This document shows, one piece after another, positions 19,090-28,315 of a stretch of DNA of 36,636 nt. The translations under genes and the position numbers were made by a program. The stretch comes from Cyanobium sp. GTDB taxonomy: Bacteria > Cyanobacteriota > Cyanobacteriia > PCC-6307 > Cyanobiaceae. The notes under the pieces were generated by a model that worked only from the letters and a program-made list of their open reading frames with translations, searched no databases and was not told the DNA's origin. Each line of letters begins with the position of its first letter. The stretch's first letter is position 1. The stretch spans positions 1 through 36,636 of the forward strand of contig JBJTUJ010000144.1 in assembly GCA_046080685.1 (NCBI GenBank), read 5' to 3'.

Positions 19090-20409
19090 TCAGACGCTGA
19101 GCAGCGCCCGTTTGGGACCGTGGATCGGATCTTCTACCACGATTGTCTGATCCCGCTGGGCCCCGAGGGAGACGATGGCGATGGGCACCTCCATCAGCTC
19201 CGCCAGGAAGCGCAAATAGGCCATGGCCGTGGCGGGCAGGTCGTCGAGGCTGCGGCAGTCGGCGGTGGAGCACTGCCAGCCCGCGAGGGTTTCGTAGATC
19301 GGCTGGCAGCGGGCGAAGTCCTCGGCACTGCTGGGGAAATGCTCGATGCGGCGGCCGTCGAGCTCGTAGGCTATGCACACCTGGATCTCATCGAGTTCGT
19401 CGAGCACGTCGAGCTTGGTGATCGCCAGGCAGTCGAGCCCGTTGACTTCCACCGCGTAACGGCCGATGACCCCATCGAACCAGCCGCAGCGTCGCCGCCG
19501 ACCGGTGGTGGTGCCGAACTCGCCGCCCCGGTCGCAGAGGTGGTCGTTAAGGCTGCCCTCCAGCTCGGTGGGGAAGGGTCCCTCGCCCACCCGGGTGGTG
19601 TAGGCCTTGGCCACACCGATCACCCGGTCGATCAGGGTGGGCCCCACCCCGGCCCCGATGCAGGCGCCGCCGCTCACGGGATTGGAGGAGGTGACGTAGG
19701 GGTAGGTGCCGTGGTCGAGATCCAGCAGGGTGCCCTGGGCGCCCTCGAACAGGATGTTCTTGCGGGCCCGGGCCGCCTCGTGAATCGTGCGGGTGCAGTC
19801 CACCACATGGGGGGCGAGCCTGCGGCCATAGGCGGTGTACTCCTCGATCACCTGGTCGGGATCCAGGGGTTCGAGCCCGTAGACCTTCTGCAGCAGCTCG
19901 TTCTTCTCGCCCAGGGGTCCCAGGAGCCGATCGCGCAAGCGCTCGGGATCAAGGAGGTCGATCACCCGGATGCCGTTGCGCTCGGACTTGTCGGCATAGG
20001 TGGGACCGATGCCCCGGCCGGTGGTACCGATGCGCCGATCGCCCCGGCGCTGCTCCATCGCCAGATCGAGCAGGCGGTGGTAGGGCATCGTGACGTGGGC
20101 CGTGGAGGCCAGCTTCAGACCGGCGACATCGATGCCGTAATCCAGGAGCGTGTCGATCTCCCCGAGCATCACCTTCGGATCCACCACGGTGCCCGAGCCG
20201 ATCAGGCAGGTGGTGTCGGGGTAGAGGATGCCAGAGGGAATCAGGTGAAGCTTGAGAACGCGGTCATCGACGACGATCGTGTGGCCGGCATTGACACCAC
20301 CCTGATATCGAACCACGACGTCGGCGGATCGGCTCAGCAGGTCGGTGATCTTTCCCTTCCCCTCGTCGCCCCACTGTGCACCGATGACGACAACGTTGGC
20401 CAAGGACAC
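19090..20409 (-). CDS. purA: Adenylosuccinate synthetase
   Basis: [39 protein letters not shown]. Confidence 0.98.
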   Translation of the reverse strand: MSLANVVVIGAQWGDEGKGKITDLLSRSADVVVRYQGGVNAGHTIVVDDRVLKLHLIPSGILYPDTTCLIGSGTVVDPKVMLGEIDTLLDYGIDVAGLKLASTAHVTMPYHRLLDLAMEQRRGDRRIGTTGRGIGPTYADKSERNGIRVIDLLDPERLRDRLLGPLGEKNELLQKVYGLEPLDPDQVIEEYTAYGRRLAPHVVDCTRTIHEAARARKNILFEGAQGTLLDLDHGTYPYVTSSNPVSGGACIGAGVGPTLIDRVIGVAKAYTTRVGEGPFPTELEGSLNDHLCDRGGEFGTTTGRRRRCGWFDGVIGRYAVEVNGLDCLAITKLDVLDELDEIQVCIAYELDGRRIEHFPSSAEDFARCQPIYETLAGWQCSTADCRSLDDLPATAMAYLRFLAELMEVPIAIVSLGAQRDQTIVVEDPIHGPKRALLSV

Positions 20410-20495
20410 AGCGGCCCGCGGCCGCTTCTGAGCACAATTCGAGAGCCTGTCAGATCAAGGGCCGATCCGTCAAAGGAGCGCCAAGGGGGCGGGAC

Positions 20496-20942
20496 TCAGG
20501 CCCCCCGCACCACCGAGGTCTCGGCCCGGTGCAGCTCCTTCTCCAGCCGGCTGCGCAGGGCGTCCGAGAGGGGGCGGTTGGGATAGTTGGTGTAGTGACC
20601 GGCCAGGGAGTTGAGGGCGGTCTGCATGGTGGTGAACGACCCGAGACTGTTCACATCCCGGCGGGGGCGATAGCGGGCGGTGTACTCGTTGATGAGGGCC
20701 CGGGCCTGGGTCTCAGCCTCGCCACGTCCGGGATCGTCCTCGGAAAGGGCGATGGTGCCCAGCAGGGAGCGGGCCACGTTGACGGTGTCATCCACGTAGT
20801 TGCCGGTCAGGCCGGTGCTGGAGCCACTGCAGGCGGTGAGGCCGAGTGAGAGCACAAGCACCAGGGCCAGCAGGGCCGCCGGCAGACGCCGGGTGAACCA
20901 CTCGTCCGCCCAGGCGGAGATCCGTCGCAGGAGGGCGGGCAT
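20496..20942 (-). CDS. psb27: Photosystem II assembly lipoprotein Psb27
   Basis: Lipobox LTAC, LTGNYVDDT, SFTTMQTALNSLAGHY, NRPL. Confidence 0.93.
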   Translation of the reverse strand: MPALLRRISAWADEWFTRRLPAALLALVLVLSLGLTACSGSSTGLTGNYVDDTVNVARSLLGTIALSEDDPGRGEAETQARALINEYTARYRPRRDVNSLGSFTTMQTALNSLAGHYTNYPNRPLSDALRSRLEKELHRAETSVVRGA

Positions 20943-20977
20943 GGCAGGAAGGCGAATGTCGGGATCCTAGGAACTGC

Positions 20978-22789
20978 TCAGACCCCCGGCCGGCCGGAGC
21001 GCTGGCGGGCGATCGCGACCGTGAGTTCGGTCACCGCAGCCTCCACCTCCAGGTCGCGGCGTTCGCCCACCGCCCTTTCCACCACTTCCACCCGGCCCTC
21101 GGCCGCACCGCGGCCCACCACCAGGCGCCAGGGGATGCCGATCAGATCGGCGTCCTTGAACTTCACCCCGGCCCGCTCGTCCCGGTCATCGAGCAGCACC
21201 TCCACACCGGCCGCACCAAGGCGTTCGTAGAGCTCCTCGGCCAGGGACACCTGGAGCGGATCCTGGGCGGAGGCGATCACGATCAGCAGTTCGAAGGGGG
21301 CAATCGCCACCGGCCAGCGGATGCCGGCGGCGTCGTGGTGCTGCTCCACCGCCGCCTGGGCCAGGCGGGACACGCCGATGCCGTAGCAGCCCATCCACAG
21401 GGCCTCATCCACACCGTCCTCGGAGGTGTAGCGGGCGTCGAGGGCTTCGGAGTATTTGCGGCCAAGCTGGAAGATGTGCCCCACCTCGATGCCCCGGGCG
21501 GCCTCCAGCCGCTGGGAAGGATCGTGGAGGCAGCGGTCGCCGGGCTGGGCCGCCCGCAGATCCACAGCCTCCGGCGCGGCGGTGAGCTCGCCCCAGGCAG
21601 CGCCCACAAGATGGCGATCCGGCACGTTGGCCCCGCAGACGAAACGCTCCAGGTCCGCCGCCGTGCGATCGGCCAGCCGGAGGAACCGGGGCTGCCAGCG
21701 CCTGGAGCCGTTCAGCACCGCATCATTCAGATGAGGGCCGACGAATCCGAGGGGGAGGGAATCCAGTCCTTCGGCCTCCACCTGATCGGGGGTGAGCGGG
21801 GTGATGTCGAGAAGTCCGCCGGCCTGCGCATGACGGGAGGCCACGGCATTGGCGAGCTTGACCTCGTTGAGCTGCTGATCGCCCCGCAGAGAAACCGACA
21901 GGGGCTGGAGGCTGCCGTCAGCGAAGCGGGCCACCAGCAGCAGCACCTTCACCGTCTGGGTGGGATCGAAGCCGTGGCCGGCGCAGAGAGCCTCGATCGA
22001 GGCGGTGGCGGGGGTGGCCAGCTCCCGGCATTCGGAGATCTCCAAGGGGACCGGATCGGCCGGGAGGGAGATCGCCCGTTCCTGGTTGGCGCCGTAGCGG
22101 CCATCAGGACTGGAGAGCACCAGATCCTCACCCGCCTCGGCGGTGACCATGAACTCCTGGCTGGCATAGCCACCGATGGCGCCGCTGTCGGCTTCCACGG
22201 CCACCGCCCGCAGGCCGCAGCGCTCGAAGATGCGGCGATAGGCCCCATCCATCGCCTCGTAGGTACGGCGCAGACAGGCTTCGTCGGCGTGGAAGGAATA
22301 GGCGTCCTTCATGATGAACTCCCGGCCGCGCATCAGCCCGAAACGGGGGCGGATCTCATCGCGGAATTTTGTCTGGATCTGGTAAAGACAGACCGGCAAC
22401 TGGCGGTAGGAGCGGATGAGATCAGCCGCCAGGTCGGTGATCACTTCCTCATGGGTGGGGCTGAGCCCCATGGAACGCCCCTGGCGGTCCTCGAGGTGGA
22501 ACATGATGCCCTCGCCGGCGGTGTAGCCGGCCCAGCGGCCGCTTCGGCGCCACAGTTCGGCGGGTTGCAGCTGGGGCAGCAGGGTCTCGAGGCCCCCGAC
22601 CGCGTTCATCTCCTCGCGCACGATTGCGGCGATCTTCTGCAGCACGCGCCAGAGCAGCGGCAGATAGGCGTAGATCCCGGACGACACTCGGCGGATGTAA
22701 CCTGCCCGCAACAGCAGCCGGTGGGAAGGAATCTCCGCTTCAGCGGGATCGTCCCGGAGCGTCACCAGCAGCAGGCGGGACACGCGCAT
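20978..22789 (-). CDS. proS: Proline--tRNA ligase (bacterial type, with editing insertion)
   Basis: PTHEE, KFRDEIRPRFGLMRGREF, GIEVGHIFQLG, MGCYGIGVSR, GVKFKDADLIG. Confidence 0.97.
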   Translation of the reverse strand: MRVSRLLLVTLRDDPAEAEIPSHRLLLRAGYIRRVSSGIYAYLPLLWRVLQKIAAIVREEMNAVGGLETLLPQLQPAELWRRSGRWAGYTAGEGIMFHLEDRQGRSMGLSPTHEEVITDLAADLIRSYRQLPVCLYQIQTKFRDEIRPRFGLMRGREFIMKDAYSFHADEACLRRTYEAMDGAYRRIFERCGLRAVAVEADSGAIGGYASQEFMVTAEAGEDLVLSSPDGRYGANQERAISLPADPVPLEISECRELATPATASIEALCAGHGFDPTQTVKVLLLVARFADGSLQPLSVSLRGDQQLNEVKLANAVASRHAQAGGLLDITPLTPDQVEAEGLDSLPLGFVGPHLNDAVLNGSRRWQPRFLRLADRTAADLERFVCGANVPDRHLVGAAWGELTAAPEAVDLRAAQPGDRCLHDPSQRLEAARGIEVGHIFQLGRKYSEALDARYTSEDGVDEALWMGCYGIGVSRLAQAAVEQHHDAAGIRWPVAIAPFELLIVIASAQDPLQVSLAEELYERLGAAGVEVLLDDRDERAGVKFKDADLIGIPWRLVVGRGAAEGRVEVVERAVGERRDLEVEAAVTELTVAIARQRSGRPGV

Positions 22790-23002
22790 GGGACAGGCAG
22801 GCGGCAGGGGCTGCGGACGCTATCACTCGCCCCGGAGGACATGCGGCAGTGGCGGCGGCGACCGCAATGGGTGTCCGTACCGATCGGCACGGGCTGGGAA
22901 CTTCTGCTACTGTACAACATCTGTTCCAGCTCGTCCCAATACCGTCTCATGCTTGCGCCTTCTGGTTCGATCGTTCCAGCCACGACCGACGTCGCGCACG
23001 AG

Positions 23003-23446
23003 ATGCTGGATGGGTTCGGCGGACGTCACCAGGGCCCGATCGGCGAGGAAGGAGCCGATGGCGGAGCAGAGGCCCTGATCGGGATCGAGGATGTACAGAA
23101 AGCCCTCAATCGCTCCCGAGCTTCTGTATACCGCTACACCAATACCGATCCACGCAATCTCAACCCTCCCTTCAACGCCCGCAGGCTCAACTCCGAATAC
23201 CGCAGCGATCAGAAGGAACCGCTGCTGTTTCACCCCAACGAAGTGGCCAGGTTCGCCCGCGATGTCCTGCGCATCAAGGAAGTCACGGTTGAGGTGCTGA
23301 ACTCACCCTCCACCGCGACCCAGCAGATTCTCACGTCGATCCTGGAGGAGCTCCGCTCGATCCGCCAGCGCCTGGATGCCCTCGACGGCGGCCCCACCGA
23401 TCTGGCGGCCCATCGCCTGCACACCCAGGCAAGGCCGGCAGCCTGA
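23003..23446 (+). CDS. Conserved cyanobacterial HTH DNA-binding protein (often auto-annotated 'resolvase')
   Basis: LIGIEDVQKALNRSRASVYRY HTH-like motif and C-terminal coiled coil; alternative start ATG 22949. Confidence 0.75.
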   Translation: MLDGFGGRHQGPIGEEGADGGAEALIGIEDVQKALNRSRASVYRYTNTDPRNLNPPFNARRLNSEYRSDQKEPLLFHPNEVARFARDVLRIKEVTVEVLNSPSTATQQILTSILEELRSIRQRLDALDGGPTDLAAHRLHTQARPAA

Positions 23447-23588
23447 GACGAACCCGCCCTCCTCTCCGAGATCGGTGATCCGGCCCACCCAAGGGAGCCG
23501 GTCTCTGCCAGAATGAATTACCTCTAGATCATCCACGGACGTCACCCGGGCTCGCCGTTCTCACGGCGTCCCCGGGACTCCGGCCCCC

Positions 23589-23870
23589 ATGACCTTCCGT
23601 TCTCCTTCCATCCTCTCCGAGCCGATCAGCCCTCCCACGGGCTCCGACGAGGTGGAAAGCGCAGAAGAGCCTCCCGGACGCAAGGTCCTCCTCTCCGCCA
23701 ATGGCCCCGAATCCGGCTCACCTCCGGAGGCTGATCTGGTGGCCTCGCCCCTGGGAGTTCTCGCCGGCATCGCCATCGCCCTGCTGACCCTGGCCGTTCC
23801 CCTGGCCAGCGTGCTGGGGGATCGGCAGGAGCCGACCCCGGTGGGCTTTCCCACCTCGCTGCAGCGTTGA
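23589..23870 (+). CDS. Small single-TM hypothetical protein
   Basis: Acidic disordered N-terminus plus TM LGVLAGIAIALLTLAVPLASVL; abuts the second ppa. Confidence 0.6.
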   Translation: MTFRSPSILSEPISPPTGSDEVESAEEPPGRKVLLSANGPESGSPPEADLVASPLGVLAGIAIALLTLAVPLASVLGDRQEPTPVGFPTSLQR

Positions 23871-23881
23871 TCCGTACCGCG

Positions 23882-24418
23882 ATGGATCTCCGCAGCCTGG
23901 ACGCCACTCCCTCCCCCGGTCTGGTGCACGTGCTGGTGGAGATCCCTGCAGGGAGCACCAACAAATACGAGTACAACGCGGACGCAGGGGTGATGGTGTT
24001 TGACCGGGTGCTGCACTCCTCGGTACGTTATCCCTTCGACAACGGCTTCGTCCCCAACACCCTCGCCGAGGACGGCGCCCCCCTCGATGCGATGGTGATC
24101 ATGGACGAGCCGACCTTCGCCGGCTGCCTGCTCACGGCCCGGCCAATCGGCATCCTCGACATGGTCGACAGCGGAGCCCACGACGGCAAGCTGCTGTGCG
24201 TACCCACCGCCGATCCCGGCATGGGAGGCGTCACGAGCATCCGTCAGATCGCCTCCAATCAACTGGAGGACGTAGCGGAGTTCTTCCGCACCTACAAAAA
24301 CTTGGAAGGACGGCCCACCACCATCAGAGGCTGGCTGGATGTGGCCGAAGTGCCCGCCCTTCTGGACGAGTGCATCGCGCGGGAGAATCGGGCCCGGTCC
24401 GTCGCTGCCGGCGGCTGA
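23882..24418 (+). CDS. ppa: Second family I inorganic pyrophosphatase paralogue (degenerate signature)
   Basis: VEIPAGSTNKYEY, FDRVL, EDGAPLD, DGKLLCV, FFRTYKNLE. Confidence 0.88.
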   Translation: MDLRSLDATPSPGLVHVLVEIPAGSTNKYEYNADAGVMVFDRVLHSSVRYPFDNGFVPNTLAEDGAPLDAMVIMDEPTFAGCLLTARPIGILDMVDSGAHDGKLLCVPTADPGMGGVTSIRQIASNQLEDVAEFFRTYKNLEGRPTTIRGWLDVAEVPALLDECIARENRARSVAAGG

Positions 24419-24442
24419 GCGCACATGCCTTGAGGAACAGGT

Positions 24443-25174
24443 TCAGCTGCGTCGCTGCAGCAGGAATCCCTCGAAATCGAGCGCCTTGAACACCGGAGCC
24501 GGGTCGCCAAAGCCGGACGCTTCGGCCAGGGCCGCCATGCGTGCCTCCCCGATCGGATGGGGAGCCTCCACCCGGGAGGCCAACGCGCCGGGATCGCCGC
24601 TCTCGCCACTGGCCCGCTGGAACTGCCCCCAGGCGCGCTCCACCTGGGCCTGGAGCGCCGAACGCTCCGGTCGCATCAGGTCCACCAGCACCAGTTGGCC
24701 CCCGGGGCGCAGGCTTCGGGCAAGGGCGGAGAGGAAGGCCAGCTTGCTGCCGTCATCGGGAAGGGACTGGAGCACCAGCACCGAGAGAGCCCCTTCGAAG
24801 GCGGCCTCCACCCCCAGATCCTCGACCCGGGTGGAGCGCCAGTCGATGGCGGAAGCCGCGGCCTCGAGGCGGCCTCGGGCCACCTCCAGCAGGGTGGCGG
24901 AGGGATCGATGGCGGTGAGCTGCCAATCCGGACGCTGGGCCCGGGCCTCCAGCAGCTCGGATCCGGTACCGCAGCCGGCCACCAGAACCGCCACTCCCTC
25001 CCGCGAGGCGAGGGGGGAGGAGGCGAGCAGGGCAACCGCCAGGCGGGCGAGGCTGGCGTAGCCGGGAATCAGGCGCGCAGCCAGGCGGTCGTAGCCCGGA
25101 TCTGAGGGAGGAACGGGGGGAGGAACGGGGGGAGGAACGTCAGGACTCACCAAGGCGGACACGCGACACCGCAT
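24443..25174 (-). CDS. Class I SAM-dependent methyltransferase (CmoA-like)
   Basis: YDRL..RLIPGY, motif I LVAGCGTG, IDPS, LRPGGQLVLVD; start uncertain (25150-25174). Confidence 0.85.
   Translation of the reverse strand: MRCRVSALVSPDVPPPVPPPVPPSDPGYDRLAARLIPGYASLARLAVALLASSPLASREGVAVLVAGCGTGSELLEARAQRPDWQLTAIDPSATLLEVARGRLEAAASAIDWRSTRVEDLGVEAAFEGALSVLVLQSLPDDGSKLAFLSALARSLRPGGQLVLVDLMRPERSALQAQVERAWGQFQRASGESGDPGALASRVEAPHPIGEARMAALAEASGFGDPAPVFKALDFEGFLLQRRS
25106..25139. repeat. 12-nt tandem repeat (about 2.8 copies) encoding VPPP units
   Basis: GGGAGGAACGGG units; translates to DVPPPVPPPVPPS in the methyltransferase N-terminus. Confidence 0.8.
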
Positions 25175-25288
25175 CTGGCCCGCATGCTACGGACCTCACC
25201 GGCCAACACTCCATTGCAGGCGGAGGAAGCGCCGCCGAAAGGCGCGGGACGTGCCTTAAGTTGGGCGAAGCCCTCCCCCAGAGTCCCC

Positions 25289-25651
25289 GTGCCCACCATC
25301 CGGTTCGAACGCGAAGGCCAGCAGGTCGGGTGCATCGAGGGTGCCAACCTGCGCAGAGCGGCCCTGGATGCCGGCATCAACCCCTACACCGGGCTGAACA
25401 ATCTCAATAACTGCGGTGGTCTCGGCCAGTGCGGCACCTGCGTGATGGAGGTGCTGGAGGGCGAGCGCAATCTCTCCCCCCGCAGCGACGTCGAGCAGGT
25501 CTATCTCGCCGACCGTCCGGCCAACTACCGGCTCAGCTGCCGCACCACCGTCAATGGCGACGTGACCGTGCGCACCAATCCCCCCGCCGGCGTGGGCAAG
25601 GGCTCCAACAGCCTGGTGGGAGCTCTCAAAGCCCTGGTGGGCCGCAAGTGA
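25289..25651 (+). CDS. 2Fe-2S ferredoxin-like protein
   Basis: GTG start (MPTIRFE), CGGLGQCGTC and RLSC cluster ligands. Confidence 0.88.
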   Translation: MPTIRFEREGQQVGCIEGANLRRAALDAGINPYTGLNNLNNCGGLGQCGTCVMEVLEGERNLSPRSDVEQVYLADRPANYRLSCRTTVNGDVTVRTNPPAGVGKGSNSLVGALKALVGRK

Positions 25652-25661
25652 CGCCCACGGC

Positions 25662-26015
25662 GTGAGCAGCCACCGCTTCTACGGCTACGGCCCCTGCGGC
25701 ACCTGCCGCAAGGCGCTGGCCTGGCTCAGGGAGCGCTCCATACCCGTTGACGTGATTGACATCACCACAACGCCTCCAGGGCCTGACGAGCTTCGTCAGG
25801 CCCTGCTTCAGTTGGGCCGCGGACGACTGTTCAACACCAGCGGCCTGAGCTACCGGGCCCTCGGCGCCGAGCGGGTGAAGGCCATGGACGACGAGCAGGT
25901 CCTGGCGGCTCTGGCAGCCGATGGGCGCCTGATCAAGCGCCCCTTCCTGGTGACCAGCGGCGGCACCATCCTCACGGGGTTCAAGGATCCGGAGTGGTCG
26001 AAGACCCTGGCCTGA
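25662..26015 (+). CDS. ArsC/Spx/MgsR-family thioredoxin-fold protein
   Basis: CGTCRKA, LFNTSGLSYR, LIKRPFL, GF. Confidence 0.88.
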   Translation: MSSHRFYGYGPCGTCRKALAWLRERSIPVDVIDITTTPPGPDELRQALLQLGRGRLFNTSGLSYRALGAERVKAMDDEQVLAALAADGRLIKRPFLVTSGGTILTGFKDPEWSKTLA

Positions 26016-27501
26016 CCCCCTTCACCATCAGCTGATCCAGTTCGTCGATCAGGCCCTCGATGCCGGCCCTGCTGATCTGGCTGAGGTAGTTGGCCTTGAA
26101 CTCCTCCAGCAGGGCGCAGAGGAGCTTCTGGGAGCGTTCCAGGGCTGGGCCACTCTCGAGGGCCGCGGCCAGTTCCTCCCAGAACCGGTCGATGCAGCGC
26201 TGCAGCAACTCCAGCTGCTGGTCGTCGCGGCGGCCGAGGCGCTCGCCGGTGGTGCGGGTGAGGTCGAGCAGGCTCTCCACCATGCCGCTGGCCAGCTGGC
26301 GGGAAAATCCACGCTCCACCTCCAACAGCGGTTGGAGGCCCCGCAGGGGCGGGGGCACCATCGCGTTCTGCAGGCTCTGCTGCAGGGCATGTCCCAGCAC
26401 CCCCTGCAGTTCGGGGGCCAGCCGCGGGGCCACCTGCACCAGCAGCAGCGGCGCCCAGATCCGCACCAGCTCCACCAGCTCGCGCTCGTCGTGGCTGATC
26501 ACGCTCTGGTGACTGCGCAGGGCGCGGATCCGGCCCGGCCAGCGCCGGGAGCGGATCAGCCCCTGGAAGCCGTCGATCAGCTGCAGGGCCAGCACCTCGA
26601 ACAGTTCCACCGCCAACAGGGCCACCACGGCCCGGCTCACCACCGCCCGCAGCGGTTCGATGTTGATCAGGCCGCTGGTCTGGAGCCGCTCGAGCACCGG
26701 CACCAGCCGCAGCCAGCGCCAGAAGGGGAGCAGCAGGGGCAGGTCGATCCAGCGCCGCAACAGGGCCTCGCCCCAGCTCAGGCCCGGCAGCCGCCGCCGC
26801 AGGCGTATCACCCGCACCAGGATGTCGATGGCAAAGACGCTCTGGAACAGCAGCAGGTCGTAGCGCCAGAAGTGGTCGGTGGGGCGCCCGTTCTCGTCGA
26901 TCGAGCGCCAGTAGTTGGTGTCCACCAGGGGCAGCACCCGCTGGCGCCAGAACCGCTCCTGCTCAGGCCAGGGGTGGGACTGAAGGCCGGCGGGGCTCAG
27001 CAGCCACAGGGCCGACTGCCGAGCGGAGTCAAGGTCGGCCTCGCGCCGCAGCCGTGACTTGATCTTCTCCAGCGTTCCCGACGCATTCGAGGCGGCGAAG
27101 GGGTTGGTGTCGATCATCTGGGCGGTGAGATCCCCCTGCTGGGCCAGCAGCCGCTTCTGCTCGGGGGTCAGGGGGGAACCCGGTCGGTAGGTGGCCATGG
27201 CCCCGTCCAGCTGGTCGAAGCTGCGGATCCAGGCGGCGGTTTCGCGGTGGGGCTCGATCCCCTTGACCGGATCCATCCAGGGGGTGACATCCGGCAGGAA
27301 GCGCAGGGGCACCGCCAGGGGCACCGAGGGGATCGGATAGAGATTGCGCTGGAGCCAGAAGGTGCGCAGCGGGACGTAGGTGAGATCGAAGGCCACCCAG
27401 GCCAGGTTCACCGCCGCCCAGATCGCCACGAAGCGGTCCCACCACAGACCCACCGGGCTCCCGGGCAGAACCGAGGTGCGATGCCAGCGGGGACGCGCCA
27501 T
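25981..27501 (-). CDS. Conserved hypothetical membrane protein with voltage-sensor-like helices
   Basis: ATG 27501; TM segments WDRFVAIW.., VFAIDILVR, RWIDLPLLLP, WRWLRL; long helical C-terminus. Confidence 0.75.
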   Translation of the reverse strand: MARPRWHRTSVLPGSPVGLWWDRFVAIWAAVNLAWVAFDLTYVPLRTFWLQRNLYPIPSVPLAVPLRFLPDVTPWMDPVKGIEPHRETAAWIRSFDQLDGAMATYRPGSPLTPEQKRLLAQQGDLTAQMIDTNPFAASNASGTLEKIKSRLRREADLDSARQSALWLLSPAGLQSHPWPEQERFWRQRVLPLVDTNYWRSIDENGRPTDHFWRYDLLLFQSVFAIDILVRVIRLRRRLPGLSWGEALLRRWIDLPLLLPFWRWLRLVPVLERLQTSGLINIEPLRAVVSRAVVALLAVELFEVLALQLIDGFQGLIRSRRWPGRIRALRSHQSVISHDERELVELVRIWAPLLLVQVAPRLAPELQGVLGHALQQSLQNAMVPPPLRGLQPLLEVERGFSRQLASGMVESLLDLTRTTGERLGRRDDQQLELLQRCIDRFWEELAAALESGPALERSQKLLCALLEEFKANYLSQISRAGIEGLIDELDQLMVKGVRPGSSTTPDP

Positions 27502-27568
27502 CAGGAACGCGGGAGGCGGAGGAGTGCCTAATCTGCCTCCCGTCCCCGGTCCCTGTCGCACGATCGCC

Positions 27569-28315
27569 TTGAGCCCAACGGAACCCCAGGCCGAGAAAGG
27601 CATCGCGCCGTCCAGCCCAGACCCCACCCCAGACACCAGCCCCCACGACCAGCCCGAGGAGAGCCCCTGGGCGTTCTGGCGCAGCGTGCTGATCACCCTG
27701 GCCATCGCCCTGGGCATCCGCCAGTTCCTGCTGGAGGCCCGCTACATCCCTTCCGGCTCGATGCTGCCCGGCCTCCAGCTGCAGGACCGGCTGCTGGTGG
27801 AGAAGCTCAGCTTCCGCAACCGCCTGCCCCAGCGCGGCGAGATCGTGGTGTTCCACGCCCCCCATCACTTCGACCCAATCCTCTCCAGCGACAACAAGCC
27901 CGGGCCGCTTGGCTGCCTACTGGTCAATCTCCCGCTGATCGGCTCCCTCCCCGGCGTGCAGAACCCGGCCTGCGACGCCTACATCAAACGGGTGATCGGC
28001 CAGCCGGGCGAGCGGATTCAGGTGGATCCCCGCGGACGGGTGCGCATCGACGGCCGCCCGCTGGTGGAGCCCTATGTGAAGAATCTCTGCCCCGTGAATG
28101 CCCAGGGCATGGGCCCCTGCCGCCCCCTCGACGTGGTGGTGCCCTCCGGCACCGTGGTGGTGCTCGGCGACAACCGGGCCAACAGCTGGGACGCCCGCTT
28201 CTGGCCCGGCGGCCCGTTCCTGCCGCGGGAGGAGATCATCGGCAGGGCCTTCTGGCGCTTCTTCCCCTTCAACGCGATGGGGCCTCTGGGAGCCTCCACG
28301 TCGCCGGCTCGCTGA
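27569..28315 (+). CDS. lepB: Signal peptidase I
   Basis: TM followed by ARYIPSGSMLP (catalytic Ser), YIKRV (catalytic Lys), LGDNRANSWDARFW; TTG start inferred. Confidence 0.93.
   Translation: MSPTEPQAEKGIAPSSPDPTPDTSPHDQPEESPWAFWRSVLITLAIALGIRQFLLEARYIPSGSMLPGLQLQDRLLVEKLSFRNRLPQRGEIVVFHAPHHFDPILSSDNKPGPLGCLLVNLPLIGSLPGVQNPACDAYIKRVIGQPGERIQVDPRGRVRIDGRPLVEPYVKNLCPVNAQGMGPCRPLDVVVPSGTVVVLGDNRANSWDARFWPGGPFLPREEIIGRAFWRFFPFNAMGPLGASTSPAR

Noticed and set aside
22876-22889. Possible NtcA box near GTACCGATCGGCAC
   Set aside because: The right half is CAC rather than TAC, so the match is too weak to call.
21335-22948. Upstream part of the 703-aa + strand ORF
   Set aside because: It is the antisense shadow of proS. 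Only the last 150-165 or so codons (the HTH protein) look real.
23003-23446. Mobile element implied by a 'resolvase'-type annotation
   Set aside because: There is no catalytic recombinase domain, integrase, att repeats or compositional shift.
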